From NCBI GenBank assembly GCA_051942205.1, contig JAVECO010000137.1:1-63645 (forward strand): a stretch of DNA of 63,645 nucleotides, read 5' to 3'. Every line of letters starts with the position of its first letter. The stretch's first letter is position 1. Under the pieces are notes generated by a model. That model worked only from the letters and a program-made list of their open reading frames with translations, was not told the origin of the DNA and ran no database searches. Below, in pieces: positions 1 to 12,484 of the stretch. The stretch comes from Coniocarpon cinnabarinum. Lineage: Eukaryota. Both the position numbers and the translations under genes were made by a program.

Positions 1-2380
1 ACTAACTAATATACTTATAACCTTTTAGAAATATATTAATAATATTTTATATAAATATCTTAATATCTTTATACTTATATATCTTAATAATATTATTATC
101 TTTTTAAAGATACTTAAAGAATACCTAAAATATATTAAATAGATATTATAGTAGCTTAATAAATATAAACTATAAGTTAACCTTAATAAATATAAATTCT
201 ATATTAAAGAAATAAAATTTCTTAAATTTATTATTAAAAGTAATAAAATAAAAATATCTAACAATAAAATTAAAGTAATTATTAAATAGCTAATACCTAA
301 GACTATTAAAGATATTTAGTTATTTTTAAGCTTTAAAAATTTCTATTAATAGTTTATTAAAAGATATTTTAGAGAAAAGAAAGCTTTTATAGAGCTTACT
401 AAGAAAGACGTATCTTTTATATAGAGTAACAACTAATAATAAGCTTTTAATAAACTTAAAGAATAATTTACTTAAAAACTAGTTATATATATCTTTAACT
501 ATAATAAACTAATTACTATTAAAATAGATACCTCTAACTATATAATTAGAGCTTATTTATTATAACTAGATAAGAATAGAAAGTTATACTCTATTATATA
601 TTATTTATAAATACTTATTAAGCCTAAGCTTAACTATAATATTTATAATAAGAAGCTACTAGCAATTATTAACTCTCTTAAGTACTAGAAGATCTATTAT
701 ATAATTCTAAAATATTAGATTTAAGTTCTTATAGATTATTAGAACCTTATATATTTTATAATAAGTATAATACTTAACTAATAATTAGTATAATAGGTAG
801 AGAAACTTATAAATTTTAATATTAATATTTTCTACTAACCTAGAGTAGATAATATAAGAGTAGATGCTCTATTCTACTAACTAGATTACCTAAAGAATAA
901 AATATAGGTTTTATATATAATACTTAAGAAAAATCTAAATAGAATACTTTTAAATAATTTAATTAACCTTAACACTATTTTTTAGATTAAGTAATATAAT
1001 ATTATAAAGTAACTCTTAGATAAATATTTAAAGAACCTAAAATATAAGTATATTAAAAGGATCCTTACTAAAGACTCTAATAGTTAACTTCTTAAATACT
1101 ATAGACTTATCTATATACTATCCTAACTATATAAATCCTTTATTAGAGACTATTATAAATAGAAATACTAAGGTACTATAGCAATAATTAAGAAAATTAC
1201 CTAGAAGTATTTTATTCTTAGCTTATAATATAAGATATAATAAATCTATAATAAATATAATATTTATTTAAAATCTTAATAAAATAAATATAAGACCTAT
1301 AGTAAATTATAACTACTTCTATTACCTAATAAGCCTTAGCAAATAGTTACTACTAATTTTATTATAGACTTACTATAATTAGTTAATCTAAGTAATTTTT
1401 CTATATATAATTTAATTTGTATTATTACTAATAAACTTATAAAGTACTTCTACTTTATCCTAACTATCTTTAAGTTAATAGTATCTAGATTTACATTTAT
1501 CTTTCTATAATATATTATAGCCTAGTATAGGGCACTAGAATAGATTATTTTAGATTATAATAAATTATTTACTTTACACTTTTAAAGGTTACTAACTTTA
1601 CTTATAGAAATTAAAAGAAAACTTAGTACTTTATTTTATCTATAAACTAATAGATAAACTAAATAAATAAACTAAATACTAGAAGAATTTCTTAGAAAGT
1701 ACGTTAACTATTAATAGAATAATTAGGTATTACTCTTACCTCTTATATAATTTATTTATAACTTAAGCTATTTATAATTAACTAAAGAATCTCTATTCTT
1801 TACTAATTATAGATTAAATCTAGAACTAGCGTATAGGTTAATTACTAAAAGAAATTTAGTAGCCTAGGCTAAAATTTTATATAGACAACTATAAAATTTA
1901 TACTATATACTATAGATTAAATACAACTATTTATACTAGAAGATAACCTACTATACTAATAAGTATAAATCTAAAAGTCTAGATCTAAAGAAGAGGGATA
2001 CTATCTACCTATAAAAAAGAAATATTAAAATAAGACGATTAAATAATAAATTAGATTTTATAAAGCTTAAATCTTTTAAGATTTTAAAGAAACTTAGACC
2101 TATAATATATAAGTTATAACTACTAGATACTATAAGAATATACTTTATATTTTATATCTTATTACTAGAATTAACTATAAATTAAGAAATAATAGAGTAA
2201 GTATTAATCTATAAAGACTTATAAAATCTTAAGTATAAAGTTAAGTCTATACTTAATTACTAATAATCTAAAAAAAGATAAGAATATCTTATTAAATAGA
2301 AAGAATATAATAATAAGAAAAATATATAGAAACTAATTAAAAATCTAATCTATTACTAGAAGAAGTTATACTATTATTAA
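1..2380 (+). pseudogene. Gypsy pol relic (RT-RNaseH-integrase-chromodomain) with many RIP-generated stops
   Basis: Pol motifs are readable on the + strand, with TAA/TAG where CAA/CAG/TGG codons are expected. End coordinate approximate. Confidence 0.88.
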
Positions 2381-2929
2381 TTATAATATTTAAATCTCTA
2401 ATAGTAGTACTCTTTACTATAAAACTAAGGCTACTACTAGATACCTAACTAACTTCTTTTTAATAAGTAAGATTTTCTTTAAGTTTTAATAAATAATTAT
2501 ATCTTATATAACTTATACTATTTCTATTAAGATTAGACTACTTATAATCTAATATATTTTTTTTAATAAAGTAGATTAAGCTTCTTTTAAGTATAATACT
2601 TATCTTTAAGCCTCTTCTTCTCTTTAAGATTTTAATACTATTTAGTAATCTTATTCTAATAAGTAGTTAAGAAATTTACTAAAAAATAAGTTAAAGACTA
2701 GAACTAATAGTATAAAGGTTAGTATACTTACTATCTATATCTATTATATAAATATTATATTTTAGGCAACTATTTTTATAGGGCTTATATATAGCTTTAT
2801 AGGCTATATACTAGTAGAACTAGTTCTTTAATTTATAGTTTAAGTATAAAGGTATATTATTTATAATTAGTTTACCTATTTACTAGAACTTTTTTAGGAT
2901 ATATTTAAGAATACTAGAGAGAAGAGGTT

Positions 2930-3626
2930 TATAAGAGCCTTTAATAACTTTTAAAATATAGCTGCTTTATATAATACTATTAGTAGTATTCTTATAAAAA
3001 GATATAATAGCTTACTAATATAAATAGAATAGCGCCTACTATTTATATACTATAGCTTAGTTATTTAAGATAAATAACCTATAGAGAGGCTAATATTATA
3101 CTATATCTTATTAGTAGTATATAGGTTATATATACTTATATAAAACTATACTAGCGTATTATAACTCTAATATCTTAAGATATACTTATCTATAGAGCTA
3201 TATATATAAAGATTATATAAGCCTCTATTAGCTTTATTACTTCTATATAATAGAGGTAATAAAGAGAATAAAATATAATATATTTACTTATACCTTAGTT
3301 TATATAGTTTAATAGTAAGCCTACCCTTCTCTTAAGCTTAATATTATTTAAATTTAGAATTAATCTAACTTATAAGTTATAAACTACTAAACTAATTATT
3401 TACTAATTTATAGTATACCTTATTTTCTTAGATAGTACTACTACTATTAGATAAAGTAACCTTTATTATAGTAGTATGCTAGTTACTCTCTCTTATAGCC
3501 CTTACTACCTTTATCCTCTTATATTATTCTCTATTATATTCTTCTATAGTAAAGGTTCTTAGCTCTAGGACAGCCCTACACCTCCTTAGTTACTTAAGGC
3601 GTAGAACTCTCTATAGAGGCGTTACA
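2930..3626 (+). repeat. Putative 3' LTR of the Gypsy element
   Basis: Polypurine tract AGAGAGAAGAGG at ~2916-2927, then TATAAG at 2930 (RIP of TGTAAG), ending in GTTACA at 3621-3626, i.e. TGTAA...TTACA inverted termini. The 5' LTR is not in the window for comparison. Confidence 0.55.
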
Positions 3627-4400
3627 ATAGCATACTACTTACGCTTCTATTTAATTATATAGTTATAAAAGGCCTTACGCTACTCTTTATTAATTAGAGA
3701 AAGCTACTTTTTTTAAGTAGTACAATATTTTTTCTAACTACGCTACTATATCTTATATTATAAAGATTACTATAAAATATCACCTTTTAGATATAACTCT
3801 AGTTACTTAATAAGCTCTAACTATAAGTAGTAGTAACTAAAGAAGCTATTATCTTTTACCTATCTTTTAATATATTAAAAATTATGCTCTAAAAGCTTAT
3901 ATAGACGCCCTAAATAATCTCTACTAGTACGCTAAAAAAAGCCTATATAAAGTATATAATTACTAGTACACTTAAGAATAGTAAGAAGGTAAAAAATATT
4001 CTCTTTTATAATATCTTTTAACTCTCTATAAAGTTACTCTAGATACTCTTTTATTGCTTTAATTATTATATATACTATAAATTTAATAGGCGTACTAAAC
4101 TCTTTATAAATAGAGAATCGTTAGTATTAGTATGTACGCTTCTTACGCTTTTTAGAAGGCTCTAGAAATAGTGTACATACTTCTATATAGCTTCTATCTA
4201 GCAATTAATAAATTAATAGTAACTAAGGCTTTATTTTTGCTCTAATAGGTAATATAATAGTAGCAGCAAGGTTATAATATAGTAGTAATAGCGCTTATAC
4301 AGGTAAGGTTCTTATTACTATAGAGTCCCCATAGTAACGAGAACTAGGGGTAAATAAGGGTTAGTCAACTCTATGGGCAATCATTTATGACACCTAACCT
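3627..4400 (-). mobile_element. RIP-degenerated Tc1/mariner-like DNA transposon fragment (5' portion)
   Basis: The minus strand near 3910 reads G-R-L-Y-K-L-L-E-H-N (de-RIP GRPHKLSEHD, a Tc1 GRPRK-type motif). Near 3740-3640 it reads KKWLSPINKEQRKAF..KW-like, the segment preceding the first catalytic Asp. No TIR identified; right boundary approximate. Confidence 0.45.
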
Positions 4401-4728
4401 CGGTGCCAGGCCCATCTACGAAATACTTCTTGAAATTGCACGGCAGAACATCAGCTTGATTCATACTAATGCATTTGATTTTGCACATCCATATTTGTCA
4501 AGCACAAGGACTTGCAAGTGGCATCTGTCGCGCGTGACATTTCCGCTGCGACCGTACCCTTTGAAAGCAATTCCGGGACGTCTAAAGTGGAGTATCTTGT
4601 TTTCCCCAGAAAGCCGTTGGTGTAGTTCCATGCATCATCTTCAGAGGGCTGCTGTCCCCCACTACCAGCATCCCGCGGCGCCACCTTCACGTTTTGCGAG
4701 TCATCCCAGATTACGCCTGCACTCAGGA

Positions 4729-5237
4729 TCATATATTGCTAGGATAAAGCATCACCCTAACCGTCGCGCCGAGAGTCTTTGGCGGCAGGTTGTGTCGGAA
4801 GCTTGCTCTCACTTTGCCTGTGTTGCCTGGATCGCATTAGATCTCTTGCTTTTATCGCCCTCAATGTGCTCATACCATGTGGCCCTCTCACTTTACCCCA
4901 GATACATCGAATCTTTGTACCTTGCTTTTCTGTCTTCGCTCGATATATGTACACTGCTTTCTTGCCGCAATAGAATCTGTGTCACGCCTTATCGTTAGCT
5001 GCAAAACCGTGTGACCACGAGGTGAAAGTGAGAGTTTAGAGTTCACATACGACGCCGCTTTCTTGTCGTGGACGTGCTCGAGTTGCAATATGCTTGTCGA
5101 GGGGGTTGACCTGCGCTTGCCTCTTCTGAATGATACGTCTTAAGAGCTTAGTTAGTCTAAATGACTTTGCGAAGTGTCAGTGTGGAAGACTCACGTTTTG
5201 CGCGGACGTATAATCGATGATTGTTGTCGGACGGCAT
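4729..5237 (-). CDS. RPL35A: 60S ribosomal protein eL33 (L35Ae), divergent; 4 exons
   Basis: Splicing three GT-AG introns gives [122 protein letters not shown] and NLP..GA.VR.MLYPSNI are eL33 hallmarks. Confidence 0.92.
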
Positions 5238-6009
5238 TATGCTGATTGATGCGACCCAATTCAAAGAGCTGACACGAGTCTGCAATGCGAGCGGTGTATA
5301 CGTGAAAGGGCGCAACGCAATCACCAAAGGCAGCGCGTTGGAGGGTGTAGGCACGCAAGTAGCAAATTGACGCTTGTGTGGGAGCAAGGCTTGGCATCGA
5401 CACGGATTTCAAAGATTAAAATCCGGTGCTATTTTTTTGCCCCACGTCTAAGGCACATCAACGTCCGTCGCATCCTTCTTGTTTACACCATCCCAGTGCT
5501 TGACATGTTGGAGAGACATGCGAATTGGACGGGTGAACAACTGATAGCTAAACTTCATTGTGCGCGCAATGGGCTGTTTGAAATTGATCGTCGCGAAGAG
5601 CATGGATTGCGTTGATTCCGTGGTGGGGTGGGGCCCCAAAAGCACTTTACGAGGCCGGATATCGCGGGGTTTGCAGCATACGTGTCCGCTCATCTCTTCC
5701 TCGTTGAGATGAAGATTTCTGTATCTAAATGACCGCGACATCCTGCTCTTGAACTGTAGCGGCATGGAATAAAAGCGGTAGCCAAAGTGCACACTTTCGG
5801 ACAAACCACTAGAGTGTGGGCCCATCCCGCCGTCTGTGTTTCCTGCTGCATGACATCAGCTCCACCGAACTGCTAAAGCTCTTTTGACCTCCGGCCTTTT
5901 TTTTTCGCCGGTACAAGGCCAGGACAACTCAACGCCACTGACTTGATCATCCCTCGCCTGCGTCCGCCTTTCCACTTCGCTCCAAATTGTGTCACACGTT
6001 CTCGTCAAC

Positions 6010-7855
6010 ATGGGAGATATTGTGGAGCAACCGGACCGTGAGCTCAATCTTGGGTGAGTGCCCACATGTCGCACATAGACTTGTGCTAGATGCATTCATG
6101 CCAAGTCTGCTCTCGGACCTCTCGCAGAATGTTGTCGATATTGCATACTCAAAACCCTTCCAACGCTGCTGGCCACTAGGCGTTTGTCCTTCGGGTCCTC
6201 TCGCGCTTTATATCCAACTACTTCGAAATGTCGCACTGACCAAGACTTTTGATGTATAGGGAGATTGAACTCAAGGAAAATACGGTCATCCTCGTAATGG
6301 GCGCTAGTGGTGACCTTGCTAAAAAGAAGACCTTTCCTGCTCTATTTGGTCTTTTCCGCAATCGCTTTCTACCCAAGGGCATCAAAATCGTGGGCTATGC
6401 TCGGACCAAGATGGATCATGAAGAATACCTCAAGCGAGTCAAGAGTAACATCAAGACACCTACCAAAGATATGGAAGAGCAGCTGAACGACTTCTGCAAG
6501 CTCTGTACCTATGTTTCCGGCCAATACGATCAAGACGATTCATTCCAAAACCTTGAGAAACATCTCCAAGAGGTAGAAAAGGGGCAGAAAGAAAACAACA
6601 GAGTCTTCTACATGGCATTGCCACCAAGCGTCTTCATTCCTGTCTCACAACACCTACGCAAGAACAACTATCCCGAACAAGGTCTCTGCCGTGTCATTGT
6701 AAGTACTCAACCAAGTAGAGTCATTCTATTTTTCATGTTGAACTTTCCCACAGATTGAGAAACCGTTTGGAAAAGATCTCCAGAGCTCTCGAGAGCTTCA
6801 AAGAGCACTGGAGCCAGATTGGAAGGAAGAGGAGATATTCCGCATTGATCACTATCTGGGAAAGGAGATGGTGAAGAATATCCTTGTGCTTCGCTTTGGC
6901 AACTGTAAGTCTCGTAGACCAGCTTCTATACGCGCTCACTAAAACCATACCAGCTTTCTTAAACGCCACTTGGAACAGATACCACATCGACAATGTTCAA
7001 ATCACCTTCAAAGAACCTTTTGGAACCGAGGGTCGTGGCGGCTACTTTGATGAGTTCGGCATCATCCGAGACATCATTCAAAATCATCTTCTGCAGATTC
7101 TGACATTGATCACGATGGAACGACCGCTGTCGTTTTCGGCGGAAGACATTAGAGATGAGAAAGTCCGTGTATTAAAGGCCATCCCTACGATCCAGCCTAA
7201 GGACGTGATCATTGGGCAGTACGGCAAATCACTAGATGGCAGCAAACCAGCATACAAGGAGGATGACACAGTTCCAAAAGACTCGCGATGTCCAACCTTC
7301 ACATCACTTGTCGCTTACGTCAAGAACGAACGATGGGAAGGTGTCCCATTCATCATGAAAGCCGGCAAGGCTCTCAACGAGCAGAAGACGGAAGTGCGGA
7401 TCCAGTTTAAAGATGTCACGAGTGGTATCTTCTCTAACATCCCTCGCAACGAATTGGTGTTGCGTGTGCAGCCCAATGAAAGTGTTTACATCAAAATGAA
7501 CTCGAAGCTGCCAGGACTGAGCATGCAAACGGTCGTGACCGAACTAGATCTGACATACCGACGTCGATTCTCGGATTTGAAGATCCCTGAAGCATACGAA
7601 TCACTCATCTTAGACGCTTTCAAGGGCGACCACTCCAATTTCGTCCGAGACGATGAGCTTGATGCCAGTTGGAGAATATTCACACCTCTGCTGCATTACT
7701 TGGAGGACAACAAGGAAATCACACCGATGGAGTATCCGTATGGGTCACGTGGACCTGCAGTGTTGGACGATTTCACAAGCAGCTACGGCTACACCTTTGC
7801 GGACTCCACAGGCTACCAATGGCCACAGCATCAGCCAGAACCAAACAAGTTGTAA
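6010..7855 (+). CDS. ZWF1: Glucose-6-phosphate 1-dehydrogenase; 4 exons
   Basis: [30 protein letters not shown] and [17 protein letters not shown] motifs. First exon ATG at 6010 joined through intron 6054-6259. Confidence 0.97.
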
Positions 7856-8499
7856 AACCGGATCGCTGATGATACCGCATGACCTTCTACCAATACAGAT
7901 AGAATTTGATGTATCCATTGATGTCTAACGGGGTCCAATAAGCTGACGCTGCGGCCGCATCCTGCCTAAGACGCATCTACTCGAGGAACCTTCTCATCCG
8001 ACCCATCGTAGTGGTATGCCGCGTGCAAGGGTCACAAAAGTGTTGAGACAAATGTCATGTCATGAAATCATCTTGCACCTTCCTTCACCAGCATTGAATA
8101 CTTCAACAACGCTTCGGTTTTCACACAATGATACTAGAAGCCGTGATTCGTGAATATGTATCCACCGTTTAGATATTGGAAATGACCCTGCTATCGAGGC
8201 TGTGTTTCCTAGAACCTGCAAGTGGTGTACCAAACTTCCTCATATGGCAACTGCGCACCCCCACTCTTCTCTTTAAGATTTTGGAACCTGCGACGCGTCG
8301 TACTCAACTTTTTTTATCTTTGCTTCTTGATTTTCCTGACACCTGCAAACTCGAAGTGCGCCATATCGCGCTCATTCAATCGATTTCTCACACACGCAAC
8401 TCTTATACGCCAGATGTGTGGGTAAAACAAACAGCAAAGTCCAGAGTTGTCAATCCTTGCCGTGCAGCGCAGCGAAGCCTGCAAGCTCTGCAAATCTTC

Positions 8500-10101
8500 A
8501 TGGCTGAGCCAATCAAAAATCGCATAGTCCCGCAGGTCACGCCGTAAGTTGGTCCAATTCTTTGCCGCACGCCACTTTCCTCCTCTTGCGATCCTCTGTT
8601 CGTTCATACGCCCTCTGCCATCTCGCCGCTCTCGTCGCAGCCTTTAAGCGCTCCGTTGCGCTCTTTAGTGCTGTACTCTGATCTCACTTAACCTTTCAAG
8701 CTTAACTCACAGAGCGTCAATCATGTCATCAGGCCCTAACTTTTCCTTCAGCACCCCACAGAACACACCAGCGAGTAATGCTCCTATCAGTTCTCGTGCC
8801 CAACAGCCCGGCCTGGGTAGTGTCCAGGAAGGTAAGCTGATTACATCGCTGCACTGACTGGCGTCGGTTGTAATCCGCTGACGATTGAGACGCAGAGGGT
8901 AATATGGGCGATGCCGCTGCGGCTGCAATGCTCGCTAAGAACCCTGCATTAGTCTCCATGATCCAGAACAAGCTCGGAACTCTTGTCGGCCAGTCATCTG
9001 GATATATCGAATCTCTTCCTCCCAATGTTCGAAGACGAGTCGCCGGCCTGAAGGGCGTGCAAAAAGAGCATTCCAAGCTTGATGCGGAGATGCAGAAAGA
9101 GATCCTGGAGCTTGAAAAGAAGTATTTCGCCAAGTTCACACCTCTGTATGAGAAGCGCGCAGCCATTGTGAACGGCAAAGCAGAACCATCCGATGAGGAA
9201 GTCACAACCGGAGAAGAAGCATCGACAGATGACGACGGCAAGCCAACAATCAAGACAGAGCCTGAAGAAGACGAGGATAACACCCCAATGACTGGTATTC
9301 CCGAATTCTGGTTGTCCGCCATGAAAAATGAACCTCAGTTGGCGGGCATGATAACGGAGCGGGACGAAGAAGCGCTCAAACACCTAGTCGACATTCGAAT
9401 GGAGTATCTGGATCAACCTGGCTTCCGTCTTGTTTTTGAGTTCGGCTCAAACGATTTCTTTGACAACAAACTCATCAGCAAGACATATTTCTATCAAGAA
9501 GAGACCAGTTACTCTGGTGACTTTGTATACGACCGTGCCGATGGTGACAAGATCCAGTGGAAAACAGACAAAGATCTTACTATGAAGATCGAGACCAAGA
9601 AGCAACGTAACAAGAGTAAGCTTTACCTTTTTTAGTACCAAATTTCAGGTTACAAGCGCTAACTCCTCGACCTCAGATACCAAGCAAACCCGTGTCATCA
9701 AAAAGTCCGTGCCCACTGACTCCTTCTTCAACTTCTTCTCGCCACCTAAGCCTCCATCCGACGACGACGAAGACGACGCGGCTTCAGACATCGAAGAGCG
9801 CCTTGAGCTCGATTACGCTCTGGGCGAAGACATTAAAGAGAAGCTCATTCCTCGCGCCGTCGATTGGTTCACAGGCGAAGCACTCAAATTTGAAGAGCCT
9901 ATGGAGGAACTCGAGGAAGGCGAATTTGAGGATGAAGACGATGAGGACGAAGACGATCTTAGTGATGATCGTGAGGAAGACGAGACCGACGACGATGTGC
10001 GTGAGTGACAGGTGCTCGCATCTTGATCTAGCTAATACTATACCTAGGCTGAGGGACCTCGGTCACAAAAGCAGGACGCCGCTGAATGCAAGCAAAGTTA
10101 A
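8500..10101 (+). CDS. NAP1: Nucleosome assembly protein 1; multi-exon
   Basis: [15 protein letters not shown]-terminus, [41 protein letters not shown], acidic tail, C-terminal ECKQS* (CaaX-like). Confidence 0.96.
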
Positions 10102-10630
10102 AGATTGTCTCTCGCACTCAAGCATTGCAGGATGCGTTTGCGGCCTGGCATTTCCACTGGCGTGTTTGTAAGCATGGGCAGGCTAGCACACAAGTACCGA
10201 CGTCGATCCTTTTCTATTGGTCTCTGGAAACCCACGCAGCGAGCGTTGTGCTTACCAGCAATGGATGGCGACTCTGACACGTCGTAATTAATAGAGTTTA
10301 ATCCGCAGGGTGTTGAGTGGCGTGTAGATAGTATTCTGGAGCCCCCCCTTGCTGTTCAAGAGTCTGCCATGAAACATTTTGCATTCAGTACCAAGAGCAC
10401 ACCTGTCGTGATCTCCCAACACCTTGCGTGACACTGACGTCTCACGTTGAATTTGCCAGAAATGGCTTAGTCACTTGATCACCTCGGCCAGCACGCCAAG
10501 TCACCACAAGCTCTTGCGGGTATATAGAGCCCATTGCACGGCTGAAGCGCAATCATTCAATCAACTCAAACGTCTGCTTCTGCCTCACGCTTCGGAACAA
10601 AGCCGCGCACGGAACGCTGCACCTGCTACC

Positions 10631-10987
10631 ATGCACCACCTCAAACCTTCTTCCTCAATCGTCCTCCCCGATCACCTTCGACATCCCGTGGTCAGCAGTG
10701 AAGAATGCTCCATTGAAGCGCTCGCCATGGGCATCCTGGAAGTTCGCTCGTTTCTTGACGACCTTGATCGCGCTTTTGATCATGAGTTTCCGCGTCCTTC
10801 GTACCGAGTAGCTGGGTTCAGCTCGCACACCGATGGGACCATGCAAGCACGACATCAACTCGTCCTATTTGTCAGGCGACTCTCAGGAGGACAATACAAG
10901 AGGTATCATGTTGCGATCACCGCCAGTTCCCACGCATGGCTCGTAAATCTGATTGGGCAAATACTTCTTCATCGATCGTCAAGCTAG
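10631..10987 (+). CDS. Orphan protein A with one copy of a shared ~95-aa domain
   Basis: ATG 10631 downstream of TATA-like GGGTATATAGAG (~10518-10530). Aligns by eye to the two downstream ORFs (RVAGFS...LVLFV...YHVAI...WLV..I). Confidence 0.65.
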   Translation: MHHLKPSSSIVLPDHLRHPVVSSEECSIEALAMGILEVRSFLDDLDRAFDHEFPRPSYRVAGFSSHTDGTMQARHQLVLFVRRLSGGQYKRYHVAITASSHAWLVNLIGQILLHRSSS

Positions 10988-11526
10988 CTCTTCACTCTTC
11001 ATGACGGTAGGCTGCCAGATACCACAGTTGGCCGATGAATATGTTTCCTGGGTCAATGATCTCCTTGTGAATGACTTTGCGGTCTACATATTCTGTGACT
11101 TCTTGACAAAGTTCCGGCAATACTTCTGCTGACTACTTCTCATGACTCTGGAATGTGCTAGCTTTGCGAGCTCTCGCAGTGATGTTTAAAGAGTTTCCAC
11201 ATGAAAATGTAAAATTTAATTGGAGTGACTTCCGTATGAGAACATCTTTCCTAATGGCGATAATATCTACACTGAACAGGTCATCGAAATCTCTACGCGC
11301 GTAAAGATAAGGGTTGAAATCTCTGCATCTCAAGTCTATTCGCAAACAGATAGGCTCGGCTTTTAAAGAGTCTGTTCATGCTGATTTAAATATAGAGCGT
11401 AATTTGACTTGGTCACCTTTACTCGACTACCTTGGCAAGTCGACGCGACGCTAATCGACCTTTCTTTGTCTGAAGCTGGCATTTTCGAACACGTGCAGTG
11501 AGGTCGCTGGGAACTATAAATCTATA

Positions 11527-12210
11527 ATGATACCAAATGGACCCCACGCTCATCATGAAGCACCCGATGGACCCACAATCAGCTGCGACGACATATCTCT
11601 CGATCGCCTGATGTATTTGATTCCTCAGATCCGCGTCTACGTGGAGCATCTTGATCAACAAGTCACACATAACGACGACATAGCTTCAAGCCACATTCAA
11701 GGTTTCACACTTCAAACGAGTGGTGTTCTCGGGCATCGAGTTGTATTGTTTGCTCAGCTGGGATGGCAGGGCTATATAAGGTATAATGTGGACATCACAT
11801 GGGCAGAATATCATAGACTGAGGCACGAAGTACAAACGCTGGAAGGTGCTCGACATCAGCAGGCGTATTGGAACCAGCTTACAAGTCCTGCCATTGATTG
11901 TGACCTGTTTCCACTTGCCACGATTTCCCGCAGAATTAGCCAAGTTGACGAATGCATGGCTCATGCTGATGCAAAACATACGGGACCAGAACAGCCTCCT
12001 TCGCGACGTTTTGCCGGCCTCAGTCCATACCGTGTCAATCAGTTCCGATACGAAATCGTTCTGTTCGTTTGGGGTGAGCCAAGAACCTTTCACCATTTTC
12101 ACGTTGCCATTGCGTCCACACAATACGAATGGCTAGTTGCAGAGATCCAGCATGTACTGATGGGAAACGACGAGAGACTCAATCGGCTGAGAACGCCTGG
12201 AAATCAATAA
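11527..12210 (+). CDS. Orphan protein B with two tandem copies of the shared domain
   Basis: 227-aa ORF with an internal repeat: PTISCD...VVLF...YNVDI and PAIDCD...IVLFV...FHVAI. Confidence 0.75.
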   Translation: MIPNGPHAHHEAPDGPTISCDDISLDRLMYLIPQIRVYVEHLDQQVTHNDDIASSHIQGFTLQTSGVLGHRVVLFAQLGWQGYIRYNVDITWAEYHRLRHEVQTLEGARHQQAYWNQLTSPAIDCDLFPLATISRRISQVDECMAHADAKHTGPEQPPSRRFAGLSPYRVNQFRYEIVLFVWGEPRTFHHFHVAIASTQYEWLVAEIQHVLMGNDERLNRLRTPGNQ

Positions 12211-12484
12211 CATAGTAATGGTGGAGCTGAGTGTCTCATGAGCCTCGAATTGTGCAGTCAATGAGTCATAACTTTCCTTTCCCAGGAACCCTGAATGGCC
12301 GTTCCTTTTGGAGTTAGAAAATGAGAACCCGAACTTCATCGATCCTAGTTGAGCTTGCGCGTATCTTTTCTACCTCATCACTACTGCGGCAAGCTTGCAC
12401 TAAATTGCCGGATTCATGTTCATGCTTTACCAGATGCTATGCTTTTCCTTGGGTATATATACCAAGTGCTGCAAGAGCGATTAC

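Larger units (their letters stand above)
1..3626 (+). mobile_element. RIP-degenerated Ty3/Gypsy (chromovirus) LTR retrotransposon, 5' part outside the window
   Basis: Extremely AT-rich with TpA excess and near-absence of CpA/TpG. Reverting transitions restores motifs in Gypsy order: RT end (KEIKFLGFII; WPxPKTxKDxQxFLGFxNFY), RNase H (IETDASDYAIGA; NYDIYDKELLAII), integrase (TDFITDLP; KLSTxFHPQTDGQTE), GPF/Y region (KLDFxKLGPFKI; IHPIFHISLLE) and chromodomain (YEVESIL..EYLIKWKGY..ENTWE). Confidence 0.93.

Noticed and set aside
4345..4400. TAGGGG/AAGGGTTAG/CCTAACC telomere-like words at the RIP boundary
   Set aside because: No tandem TTAGGG array; isolated matches only.
4387..4998. 203-aa + strand ORF
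   Set aside because: Antisense to the last exons of eL33, with no recognisable motifs.
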